From: Neocallimastix sp. 'constans'
Lineage: Eukaryota
Length of the DNA: 64,000 nt
Assembly: GCA_050613775.1 (NCBI GenBank)
Contig: JBODTK010000110.1
Span: 62,001 to 126,000 of the forward strand
Direction of reading: 5' to 3'
The notes beneath the pieces were generated by a model, which was not told where the DNA came from, made no database searches, and saw only the letters and a list, made by a program, of their open reading frames with translations. The translations under genes were made by a program, and so were the position numbers. Numbering within the stretch: the stretch's first letter is position 1; each line of letters begins with the position of its first letter. Positions 1-17,223 of the stretch are shown one piece after another.

Positions 1-557
1 TATTTTTCATATAAAGAGTGAAAAACAATAATAATAATAATAACAATAAAATAAATAATATATTAAAAAAATAGTAATTACATAAATAAATTATATAATA
101 ATATTTTCAAATTACAACTGAAAAAAAAAAAAAAAAAAAAAAAAACTGGTAATGAAAAATTATAATGTTATATTAGAAAACGCGTGAATTTAAAAATAAG
201 AATTATAATATAACGCAATTTTAGTATTTTTATCTATTAAAACAAAGAAGAGAGAGAGAAAAAAAAAAAAGATATTAATGAAAAATAAAGATAAATATAT
301 AAAATATTTTGTAATAAAGTGGAATAAAATATAGAATGAAGAATAATGAGTACTATTATTATATTTTAATAAAATAGGAATTAAAATTTGTTTAATAAAG
401 AATTAATTTAATTTTATTAATATCAATTATCAATTATTTTACATAATTATATATATATATATATATAAGGAAAAAATAAAAATTATAAAAAATAAAAATT
501 AATATAAATATATATTTTGAAAAATATAAAATATAATTATTTGTAATACTAATTTGA

Positions 558-595
<38 letters not shown>

Positions 596-803
596 AATAA
601 TTTTTATTATCATTATTTAAACATATATATACATATTTATTTATTTATATTTATTTAATTCTATTCTATTTTATTTTTATATATATTAAAGGTATTTATT
701 AGTTGTTTATTTATTTTATATTATATATATATAATATATATAATTTATTTATTTTATTTATTTGTTATTTATAATAATAATAATAATAATAATAATTATA
801 AAT

Positions 804-6526
<5,723 letters not shown>

Positions 6527-7028
6527 GAATAAATAAAAATAGCAATAATAGTTATATCAAATGAAATGGTTATAATAAAACAATTATTTTTAAAAAATTA
6601 ACATATTATGATATATATTAATATGATTTTATGTATATATATATATTTATTTATTTTGTATTTATAAATCTATTATATTATAATATATATAATTAAATTT
6701 AAAAAAAAAAAAAAAAAATGATATATAAATATTTTATAAAAAGATTCTTTATATACACAGACAAATTACCACCAAAATTAGAAAAAAATGGTTTTTGGCT
6801 ACCATATGTTCAAACATTTGTACAAAAAATATATCATCATTATCTTTAACTTTATTAATTCATAAAATTATTTAAACTTTTTTTTTTTTTTCTAATAAAC
6901 TAAAAAAAAAAAAAAAAAAATTTATTTATTTATTTATTTATTTATTAAACTTATTTTTTGCATTTTTATTTAATTTTGTATAAAATTCCTATATTTATAA
7001 ATATTTATTTTCATATTTTTTTTTTATT

Positions 7029-7073
<45 letters not shown>

Positions 7074-7883
7074 GGCAACAAACTTGTTTCATCTATATTA
7101 ATTTTTTTTATTTATAGTAAATGAATTTATATTTATAAGTTAATATAAATATAAATATAAAAAATAATATATTAAAAATAAATAAATAAATAAAACAAAT
7201 AAATTAAATAAATATAAAATTAACATTATATTAAATAAATAATGTTTATAAAAAAAATAAAAAAAAAAAAAAAATTTTTTTTCGTATATATAATATTAAT
7301 ATTAATAATAATTTCATATTATAATTTTTATTTTTATTTTTATTTTTTTTTTTTTTTTTTGGTTATTATAAAATGTTCGTAATAAATTAAAATTAAAAAA
7401 AAAAACTTGTTATATATATTAAATAAATTTAGTAAAAAAAAAAAAAAATAAATAAATAAATAAACAATAAATAAAAATAATAATAAAAATAAAATATTCT
7501 ATTTATTTATTTATTTATTTTCTTTAATAAATTAAGATAAAATATTATTTGTTTTTTTTATTTTGTAAATGATAATTTGCACTTCTTTTTTCTTTCTTTT
7601 AAACTGTATAATAAATGTTTATATTTATAATATATATTAATTCTTTTTTTTTTTTTTTTAAAAAAAAAATAAAATAAAAAAAAAAAAAAAAATAAATAAA
7701 TATATCTATCATTCTATTAAATAAATATAACAGATAAAATTTATATGTAAAAATTAATTATCTATGTTATAAATTATAAAAATTTTAATGTAAAGAAACA
7801 ATATAATTATTATTAAAATAGCAAAATAAATTAAAAAAAAATAATAATTTTTTTTTTTTAAATAATATCTACTATTTATATTT

Positions 7884-10280
7884 TTAACGAGTCCATTGTC
7901 TACCATCACTACTTCTTTTACCAGTGGCATCAGTAATTGAAGATTTTTGTTTTAAAAAGTGTTCTTTACCTTCAATGGCTTTCTTATTTTTATAACCAGC
8001 ACCAAAGCCACCACCACCACCACGTCTTTGAATTCTATCAGTTTTTTGGCTGGCACCAATAGTGATATTAACATGAGGAGGTACGGTGAAACCGTAAGCT
8101 TTAGCTACCTTTTGTAAATCTAATGAATTGATATTGAAAATCTTTTTAAGAGAATGGGAAGCATAAGCTTGAAGATAGGAACGGTAACCATCACGAGCAG
8201 ATTTATTTAAGTAATAATTCTTTTCAACAAGTTTTTCAAGTTGAGATTGAACATTAGCAATCTTATTTAATGGGAATTGGTATTCATTTAATGGAACCTT
8301 GGCGTGTTTAAGGAAGCGAAGGAAACCTAATTCTGTTGGTAATAAGAATAAGAGGGCATGACCACTTCTATTTAAACCACGGGCTGTACGACCAACACGA
8401 TGAATGTATTCCTTTGGATCATCTGGTGGATCGTATTGAATAATCCAATCAACAGCTGGAATATCTAAACCACGGGCAGCAACATCAGTACATAATAAAA
8501 TGCCAGTATCTGAATTAACAAATTCAAAGAAAGTATTAGTTCTCTTTTGTTGCTTTTGACGACCATGAAGTTCTAATACTGGAATATCAATATAATTTAA
8601 TAATTCTGAATGGTATTTAACAGAATTACAAGAAGAAAAGAAAACAATAACCTTCTTTTTTAAATTTTTCTTTAAGAATGTAAATAATAATAAGAACCTT
8701 TTATCACTTGGACATATCACATAACCTTGTTCTAAACCTTCTACAGTTGCGCTTTCTTTATGCTCATCAACATTAATATATAATGGAGAACGCTTTAATG
8801 ATACACGGGCTAAATCTTCAACCTTAGTAGTTTGAGTAGCAGAGAAGAACATTGTTTGACGTTCTTTTATTATTATTGTTTAATTTGAAATGATATTAAT
8901 TTAATTTATTTAAAGGATATTTGATAATTATTCATTTAAATATTATTTATATAAATATAAATTTATATATATAGTTTTTATAATTAAATATAAATTAATT
9001 AATAATAATAATAAAACAAAATAAAATACAATTATTTAATCATTAAATTTTTTAAATATATATAAAAAACTGTCATTTAAATTTATATAAATTCATTAAT
9101 ATTTAATTTATTATTTAATATTTAATTACCCTTTGGAAGTAATTTAATAATTTGTTTCATTTCTTCTTCGAAACCCACTTCTAAAATTCTATCGGCTTCA
9201 TCAATAACTAAACATTTTAAGTTCTTGAATATAAAACCTTTGGTATTCTATTTAAAAAAATTATATTTATATAATATGTATGTATAAAATGAAAATTTAT
9301 ATAAAAAATATTTGTTAAAAAAAATATAATTTTGATAATATTTTTCTGTTATACTTTAATAAAGATAATCCAAAAAATAATACTAATAAATATATATAAT
9401 AAATAATATAAAAGACTAAATATATATTTATATATTAAATTTATATAATTATAAGCTAAAAAATAATAATAATAATAATAATAATAAAATAAAATAAAAT
9501 AATAATATACATATATTATAATAAACCAAAAATTTTTAAAAAATAAAATTAAAAAAGATAGTTTGAAGAAATTTACCTGAAGATGATCTAATAAACGACC
9601 TGGAGTAGAAACTAATAAATTAACACCTTTAGCTAATTTTTCAGCTTCTGCTTTTCTGTTAGCACCACCCATTACAATACCAAAAGTTTGATGATGATAT
9701 TTCATTAATTCCTTAGCAACACCGAAAATTTGAAGAGCTAATTCACGAGTTGGTGAAATAACAATAACACCAGTACCATTTCTTGGTTTGAACTTTAAAC
9801 GAGCTAACATTTCAACTACTGGAATTAAAAAGGCTAAAGTCTTACCAGAACCAGTCTTAGCGGCACCCAAAATATCGCGACCAGTTAAAGCAGCTGGAAT
9901 TGAACGAGCTTGAACTTCAGTCATTTTCTTAAATCCCATTTCTTTAATAGCTTTTAAGGTATTTTCTGAAGCCTTAAGAGCTTGGAAATCCTTATCTATT
10001 TCTTTATCATCTTTATATTTAGAATAATAATATTTATTTCACGTTCAAAATTTTATTAACAAGTACATTGTTTTTAATATTAAGAAAAAAATAATTTATA
10101 ATATGTTGTAAAACAAATGATTTCAGGTTTATATATATTTTTGATTTATAAAATGATATTTTGTAATAATTATTTTAATTATATTTTTTAAGTAAATTTA
10201 TTAAATATAAATATTTATTTTTAATCCAGTAATAATATTTATATGAGTTTAGTATATACGATATATATAAAAAAATAATA

Positions 10281-10316
<36 letters not shown>

Positions 10317-10655
10317 AAAAATTAGTTTAAAATTTTAATTTTTTAATTTATTAATATTTTTTTTCAAATAAAATTTTTATTTCATTTACCCATTTGATTA
10401 ACTAATTTCTCGGAAGTATTTTCAGTAGATTCTTCCATAACTTGATCTTCTATTTCTTTATTTGATAAAAATATTATTAAATTAAAAAAAAATACATAAA
10501 AAAAGATAAAAATATATATTTGAATTTATATAATTTTTATTGAAAAACGAAAAAAATTAATTATTAATTTAATTTTTAATTTAAAAAAAAAAATTCTAAT
10601 ATTTATTTATTATTTATAATTTATAATATATAATACCTTTATTATCTTTACTCAT
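7884..10655 (-). CDS. HAS1: ATP-dependent DEAD-box RNA helicase HAS1/DDX18; exons approx. 10655-10637, ~10456-10390, ~10010-9577, 9247-9130, 8863-7884
   Basis: Motifs [34 protein letters not shown] (exon 9130-9247), [24 protein letters not shown]1-type [17 protein letters not shown] and C-terminal [14 protein letters not shown]. Acceptors of the two small 5' introns are uncertain by a few codons. Confidence 0.93.
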
Positions 10656-11024
10656 TTTATCTTAATTATAATATTACTAATACAAAAAAAGAAAAAGAAT
10701 ATTAAAAGAAATAAAAATTAATTTAAGAAATATATTTTTAAAAAGTTATAAAAAAGTTCTTGAGCAAAGAAAAAAAAAAAGATAGAAATTTTATTAAATT
10801 AATAAAATATAAAGTTAATATCTTTAATATATTTAATAATTGTTTTTTTTTTTTATAAAAAAAAAATAATTATTACATATATAAATAGTTATATATTTTA
10901 ATATTAATATTATTAAATTTTGATTATTTATTATTCTTTATATTATATAAATAAATATAAATATTTTTTTTTTAAAAAAAATGTATATTTAAAATTTTAA
11001 TTATTCTTCAAAAATTCCAAAATG

Positions 11025-11061
11025 TGATTGGATAAAAATAAATTTTAATATATATGATTGG
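11025..11061 (-). promoter_or_regulatory. Pair of CCAAT boxes (CCAATCA on minus strand), 30 bp apart, upstream of HAS1
   Basis: TGATTGG at 11025-11031 and 11055-11061 in otherwise near-pure AT sequence. The same heptamer lies upstream of MTAP (35153-35159). Confidence 0.35.
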
Positions 11062-11358
11062 GTTTTATTCATTTTTAAACTTTTAAAAAAATTGAAGTTT
11101 TATTTTTTTATATAAAAATATTTATAAATAATTAAATAAAATATTTCTATATTACTATTTAATAATGTGTAATAATTAAAATATAATAAATAATAAATAA
11201 TATATAATAAATAATAAATAATATATAATAAATAATAAATAATAAATAATAAAAAATAAATAATAATATAATACTAATTAAATAATATTTAATATTTAAT
11301 AATAATTTTAGAATGTTTTGTTTTTTTTGAAATAAGAATGAAAAGTTCTAATTTTTAT

Positions 11359-12142
11359 TGGTATGGTTCATATAATTTTAGGAATATAATAATAATTAAC
11401 ACAAATAATAAAATTACAATAAAAATAATTTTGTTTTAAAATCAATGTTTATTTATTTAAATTTATAAAAGAAAAATAATAATATAATTATTTATTTAAT
11501 AAAAAGAAAGTTATTGATTATATTTTATTTCACTAAAATTACATGTATTTATATTTTTTATCAAATTAAAATTTGTAAAGCCTAACTATTTTTTTAATAA
11601 ACTAATTACTAATTATTTTTATAAATAAAACATTTAAATTGAAATTGAATTATTATTTTAGTTAATAATATTATTGTTATAAATAGTAGTTATATATTAT
11701 TGAATTATTAATTATTTAATAATAGTTTAATACTAATATATATAAAATAAAAATAAAGAGATTATACAGAATATTTTATTGTGGTTTAGTTAAATTTAGT
11801 AATTAAAAATAAATTTAAATTGATAACGAAAATTTTAATAACTAATTAAATAGATTTGATTATTTTCAATATAACATAATACAAAAGAAATATAATATTA
11901 ATATATTAAGTGGGCAAGGACAATATTCTTGGCTAAAGATTTTTAATACATTATAATGGAATCGGATCGATAATTCAAAAAGGAATTATAAGTTAATTAG
12001 TGATTTATTAACTTAAGATTTTTATTTAGTAATATTTGAAGAATATTGGAAAGTTCCAATTATATAGAATAGAATAATCTATAAGGTTAGAATAATTTAT
12101 ATTATTCTAGCACAATTAGTATTATTTGTTCATTCTGTATTA
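11359..12142 (-). repeat. 3' LTR of element A
   Basis: Same length as 17576-18359 and no differences seen by eye; starts TGGTATGG and ends CTGTATTA on + strand. Confidence 0.95.
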
Positions 12143-12165
12143 AGATGCCCCCGCTAAGACTCAAG

Positions 12166-15100
12166 CTAGGTAGAAGCTGAGTTAAACTTGACAATATTTT
12201 TCAAATGAACATTACGATTCATTTGTATATTAGTAGCAGGATCAGCTAAAGTGACTGTATTGAATTGTTTCTTTACCACTTTCATAGGTCCAACAAAGTA
12301 AGGTTCTAATTTAGTTCGATTAAAGTTTCTTACTAGTACTAAATCACCTGGTTTTATTCTTTTAGCTTGATTCATACTGGTCTTTTCTTCTCTCCTAGTA
12401 GCCCAATACTTCGAAGCATTTTTGATATTAGATGCGGCCTCCATTACCCATTGGTAGTGTGATACAAATTTTTCCAGTAGAATTTCGTCAGAAGACTTAT
12501 TTATACCCTTAGTTGGTCTGGCAGCAATGTCAAAAGGTTGTTGGTCCTCCCTTCCATAAACTAATTCAAAACTTGAATGGTTGGTGATTGAGTTTTTAGT
12601 AGTTCTTAAAGCCCAAAGTGCAGATGGTAAAATTTCATCCCATTCTTTGTGTTGTTGTTCTAGTAATCGTAATAATTTTCCAATTTCTTTATTACGATTC
12701 TCAACTAAACCATTGCTTTCAGGATGATATGGAGTGATAAATTTAACATATACATCATATAAATCAAGGAAGATTTTTGTCATATCTGATGTAAATTGTG
12801 TTCCATTATCAGTAGTGATAATTTGAGGTACACCGTGTCGAGCAAATACATTAATTAAAAATTTTATCACATCCTGAGAAGTAACATTTTCAGTGGGCTC
12901 TGCCTCAACCCATTTAGTAAAATAATCAACCACAACGATTATATATTGATTATTATTTCTGGTTTTACTTAGAGGTCCTATAATGTCCAATCCTAAGTGT
13001 GTAAATGGTCCTTCCACTTCAGTTGGTTTATCTTCCGTTGGTTCAGGGTATGGTTGAGATTTATTTAATTGACATTTTTCACATTTACCTATAATTCGCT
13101 TAATGTCATTAACCATATTGTTCCAATAGTAGCTCTTTTTCAAACGTTGGTATGTCTTGTAATAGCCTTCGTGTCCTATACTGTGTGCTTGAAAAATTAA
13201 TTGAAGTTTTTCTTTTGTATCTGTAACTAATTTTCTATAATTATTGCCATCAACAAAGTAGTCCACACCATCAATTGTCGTAAATTTTTCTTCAATAAAT
13301 TCCTTAATGGTTCTTGAAAGCAGGTTTTCATCTTGTTCTTTGATAATTTGTGTTGTTAAGATAACTTTTTCTTTTTCATTTTTCATTCTTGATAAAGCGT
13401 CTGCAACAACATTATTCTTCCCAGCTTCATATCGTAAATCAATTCCTAACATACTGACAGTCAAACACCATCTTGTATGGCGAGAGTTTTGTGGTTCCTT
13501 ATTTTTAAGTAATCCGATTAAGGGTCTATGGTCTGTATATACTATAGTTTGCTTAGGATTTCCCATAATATAAGATTTTAATTTATTAATACAGTAAATT
13601 AGAGCGGCACCTTCTAGATCCGTAATTCCATAATTCTTTTCCGATTTAGATAAACTTCTACTAATATAATGAACCGGATGCTCCTTTCCAGTTTCATCAT
13701 CCTTTTGTAAAAGCACACCGCCTATTCCATCATAGGAAGCATCTGTTCTTATAATAAATTCTCTATCAAATCTAGGAAATCTTAATATTGGGGCATTGAT
13801 TAATCTTTCCTTAAGAATTTTAAAACTTTCTTCTTGTTCCTTTTTCCATTCAAACTTAATACCTTTTCTTAATAGAGTGCAGAGAGGAGCAGTAACTTTT
13901 GCAAAGTCCTTAATAAAATTTCTATAATATCCAATGGCTCCTAAAAATGATCGAAGTTCATGAATGTTAGAGGGAGCCTTCCATTCTTTAATAGCTTCAA
14001 CTTTGTTTTCCAATGGACTTAAACCTTCTGAGGATACTTTATGTCCAAGTACTTCTACTTCAGTTTGCATGAAAGAACACTTTTCGATATTGATTTTTAA
14101 CTTATGTTCCTTGAATATTTCTAAGACTTGTTTAAGATGTTCTAGGTGTTCTTCTTCAGTTCTTGAGTAGATTAAAATATCATCGATAAAGTTATAGACA
14201 CATTTTCCTATTAAGGGAAATAGTATACGGTTCATTTCTCTTTGGAATGTAGCTGGAGCACCTGTTAAACCGAAGGGCATTACCTTGAATTGGTAGTTTC
14301 CGAACTTAGTTGTAAAGGTAGTGATTTCAACACTATCATCATCCATTAATATTTGATGATAACCGGAATAAAGATCTAATGTTGAAAAGATTTTTGCTCC
14401 ATCTAAGCTATCAAAAATTTCCTCAATATTTGGTAAAGAATAAGAATCCTTCTTAGTTGCTTCATTTACTTTCCTATAGTCAATACACAGGCGCCATTTA
14501 CCGTTCTTTTTAGGCACAAGTACTACTGGTGATGACCATTCTGAACATGAAGGTTCAATTAATCGTTTATATATGAGTTTGGTTAATTCTTCTTTTAAGA
14601 TATCTGTTTTTAATTTACTAAGTCGATAAAATTTTTGTTTAATAGGTTTAACTCCTTCCTTAAGAATAATTTTGTGTGGTGATAAATCTGAAGGTGTTAA
14701 TTCTTCAGAAGAAGTTGCAATTATATCAATATATTCTTCAAGTAATTTAGTAATAGCTTCTCTATAATTTGAATTAATTGTACTTTGAAAAACTGTGTCA
14801 TATATATATTTTATGGGTGGTAATCCTTCAATCGTTTTCAATTGTTGCTTAGCTTCTTGGTGATTCAATGCTTTGATCACACATAATAATTTTTCTTCGT
14901 CATCATATTCATTATTAATAGGTGTAATTTCTTCAATTAAACCTTGATCATTAAATCGACAAAGACTATATCTAATTGGATGTATAAATAACTGGTTATC
15001 AATTTGAGTTTTGAGGTTGATTAATATATCATAGAATGGATCCTCCTTGTCTATAATTCTACACGTAACAAGTAGTTCTAGTTCATTAATTTTTACGGGA

Positions 15101-16167
15101 ACTTTGATTAACACATCTTCTGAGTAATCATCATTCATTGTTGCTAAACGTATTCGTCCTGCACTAACTCCTATAGGTTCATACTGATAAGGTAATTTAT
15201 CTAAAAATTGCTTTGTGATAATACTTAAGTTACTACATGAATCTATTAAAGCCTTACCACGAACTCCATCTACTATTACATCAACCATAGCAATATCATC
15301 TTCTTGTGGTTCATGATGTTTACTTTTATATGTATGATCTATATTGTTCGTTATTATTGTAGTAGCACACATATTATCCACTGCACCTGAAATTTTAGTA
15401 TTATTCTTTTCTAATTTAAGTCCTTGTGATACTTGAGACCGTATCTTTGGAGCAACGTCCAATAATTGTCCAAATGTAATATTGCAATTACTGGAGTTTA
15501 AATCTTTGATCACGTCATAACTATCACAATCAGTTTGCATTTGTATTCTTTTTGGAATTCTAGTTGGCATAATTTCAGTTGACTTTTCTGATGATTTTCC
15601 TTGAATTAATTTATTTAAAGTTTGTTTAGAATTATTTCCTTCCTGAGAAGTTTCTTCATTAATAATATTAACAATACTATTTTTATTATTTTCCACAGAA
15701 GTACTAGTACTAGCTCTTTCCTTATCTCTTAGCTCTTTCTCAATCCTCTTTTCTTTCTCTATTCTGGGTTGAGCCATAATCGAAGGATGTAATTGAGTTG
15801 TTGGCTTTTTGACTGGTCGCGATGTTCCCCTTAATTTATTTTCTTTTTGTTTTCGTAAACCTGGAGTAACTATTGGCTTAGGATCATCTCTTAGACTACG
15901 GTGAACCCTCTTTCCTCTTTGGTCACTAGTCTCTTCATCTTTAGGATTTGCCTTTCTCTTTATAACGTTTACTAAGTAATCCAATTCTTTGGAACCATCC
16001 GACTCATCATCAAAATCTTCGTAATAATCCGTAGTAGTACCTTCTTGGAAATCAGCAATTTCTTCATAATCATCATCTTCTTTTAAGTCAACTGTTTTGG
16101 GACGATGGCAGACTGAAGCAATTTTTTTGACGATGGGAGTGCTTCTACTCCCTTTTAGTGGTTTAAA
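12166..16167 (-). CDS. pol: Pol of element A (aspartic protease, RT, RNase H, integrase with GPY/F-like tail), made as Gag-Pol by -1 frameshift
   Basis: ALIDSCSN protease, WRLCIDYRKVN / MPFGL / FIDD RT, TDAS RNase H, H-H-C-C zinc motif and DDE integrase, KLEPYFVGPMKV. The frame stays open from the slippery site at 16161-16167. Confidence 0.95.
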   Translation of the reverse strand, partial: FKPLKGSRSTPIVKKIASVCHRPKTVDLKEDDDYEEIADFQEGTTTDYYEDFDDESDGSKELDYLVNVIKRKANPKDEETSDQRGKRVHRSLRDDPKPIVTPGLRKQKENKLRGTSRPVKKPTTQLHPSIMAQPRIEKEKRIEKELRDKERASTSTSVENNKNSIVNIINEETSQEGNNSKQTLNKLIQGKSSEKSTEIMPTRIPKRIQMQTDCDSYDVIKDLNSSNCNITFGQLLDVAPKIRSQVSQGLKLEKNNTKISGAVDNMCATTIITNNIDHTYKSKHHEPQEDDIAMVDVIVDGVRGKALIDSCSNLSIITKQFLDKLPYQYEPIGVSAGRIRLATMNDDYSEDVLIKVPVKINELELLVTCRIIDKEDPFYDILINLKTQIDNQLFIHPIRYSLCRFNDQGLIEEITPINNEYDDEEKLLCVIKALNHQEAKQQLKTIEGLPPIKYIYDTVFQSTINSNYREAITKLLEEYIDIIATSSEELTPSDLSPHKIILKEGVKPIKQKFYRLSKLKTDILKEELTKLIYKRLIEPSCSEWSSPVVLVPKKNGKWRLCIDYRKVNEATKKDSYSLPNIEEIFDSLDGAKIFSTLDLYSGYHQILMDDDSVEITTFTTKFGNYQFKVMPFGLTGAPATFQREMNRILFPLIGKCVYNFIDDILIYSRTEEEHLEHLKQVLEIFKEHKLKINIEKCSFMQTEVEVLGHKVSSEGLSPLENKVEAIKEWKAPSNIHELRSFLGAIGYYRNFIKDFAKVTAPLCTLLRKGIKFEWKKEQEESFKILKERLINAPILRFPRFDREFIIRTDASYDGIGGVLLQKDDETGKEHPVHYISRSLSKSEKNYGITDLEGAALIYCINKLKSYIMGNPKQTIVYTDHRPLIGLLKNKEPQNSRHTRWCLTVSMLGIDLRYEAGKNNVVADALSRMKNEKEKVILTTQIIKEQDENLLSRTIKEFIEEKFTTIDGVDYFVDGNNYRKLVTDTKEKLQLIFQAHSIGHEGYYKTYQRLKKSYYWNNMVNDIKRIIGKCEKCQLNKSQPYPEPTEDKPTEVEGPFTHLGLDIIGPLSKTRNNNQYIIVVVDYFTKWVEAEPTENVTSQDVIKFLINVFARHGVPQIITTDNGTQFTSDMTKIFLDLYDVYVKFITPYHPESNGLVENRNKEIGKLLRLLEQQHKEWDEILPSALWALRTTKNSITNHSSFELVYGREDQQPFDIAARPTKGINKSSDEILLEKFVSHYQWVMEAASNIKNASKYWATRREEKTSMNQAKRIKPGDLVLVRNFNRTKLEPYFVGPMKVVKKQFNTVTLADPATNIQMNRNVHLKNIVKFNSAST
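16115..16167 (-). promoter_or_regulatory. -1 ribosomal frameshift signal of element A: U UUA AAC + 8-nt spacer + H-type pseudoknot
   Basis: Sense: UUUAAAC cacuaaaa GGGAGU a GAAGC ACUCCC aucgucaaaaaaauu GCUUC. pol is in the -1 frame relative to gag. Confidence 0.85.
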
Positions 16168-17072
16168 TAATTTTCATAAAACTTCTTGCGGTTATTTTCC
16201 AATATAGAATTTAATTTAGGACAGTTTCGTTTGGTATGTCCTTCATTGCTACAAAACCAGCAAGTACTAATTTTCATTTCTTTCATCTTGTTAGTGATAT
16301 TTTCTATAGATACATTTTTGTGGGTTTTTGGTTTGTTAAAATCATTTGAAATGTTCTTATTAAAATTACTTTTAGAGTTAAGGAGATTGTAATGAGTCTT
16401 ATCATAATATTCAGTACTATTTTTAATAGATAAACGATCAACTTTTTCGGCTATAGCGAACGCTTTGGTAATAGAAATATGGTCTTTAAGCATAACCTTT
16501 CTCCATGCGTCAGGATTATTGGTTAAGGAATCTGCATAATCTAAAACACTAATTTTTCTTCTTCTCTTTTTATCCAATTTATGGTACAAAGATCTATAAC
16601 GGACATTAAAATCTTTAACTTTCTCGTTCTTCTTTATTTTCATGGAACGTAATTCTCGTAACAAATTGGTTTGATCTTCTTTAAGTCCATAGAAAGTCTT
16701 CAGATGATTTATGATTTCATCAAGGCTTGGGTAGGTGCTAGTAGATTCACTTTCTTCATCATCTTCTCCTTCACTATCGCTATCGAAATCAGAATCTTCA
16801 TCTTCAGTAAGGTCATTTCCATCTTCTAGTTCTTGGATAATTTCTCTTGGTTCTCCAAAAGCCGTTAATATACAAGCAGTAAAAATAGTTTCAGGATCCT
16901 TGATATGTTGGTATTTTATCCATGCCTTTAACTCATTTGCCCAGGAGTTGATGTCAAGGTTTTGTTTAGTAAGCTTTTCAAAATCTTTTAATTCTTTCTT
17001 TAATTCTCTGAAGCTAAGCTTACTTTCTGGAGTACTCTCTGTTGGAGTACTGGAAGTACTGGATGTTCTCAT
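16155..17072 (-). CDS. gag: Gag of element A with acidic insert and C-terminal CCHC zinc knuckle
   Basis: 305-aa ORF; CWFCSNEGHTKRNC; clearly homologous to gag of element B. Confidence 0.92.
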   Translation of the reverse strand: MRTSSTSSTPTESTPESKLSFRELKKELKDFEKLTKQNLDINSWANELKAWIKYQHIKDPETIFTACILTAFGEPREIIQELEDGNDLTEDEDSDFDSDSEGEDDEESESTSTYPSLDEIINHLKTFYGLKEDQTNLLRELRSMKIKKNEKVKDFNVRYRSLYHKLDKKRRRKISVLDYADSLTNNPDAWRKVMLKDHISITKAFAIAEKVDRLSIKNSTEYYDKTHYNLLNSKSNFNKNISNDFNKPKTHKNVSIENITNKMKEMKISTCWFCSNEGHTKRNCPKLNSILENNRKKFYENYLNH

Positions 17073-17223
17073 AAAATAAAATTTATTGTATCTATAGAAT
17101 GCTAAACCTCGTAATGTATAAATTGTTATAAAAAAGTAAAAATAAAAAAAATTAAAAAAAATAATCTTTTAACTAATAAAATTATTAATTATTTATTATT
17201 AATCACTTATTAAATTATAATAA

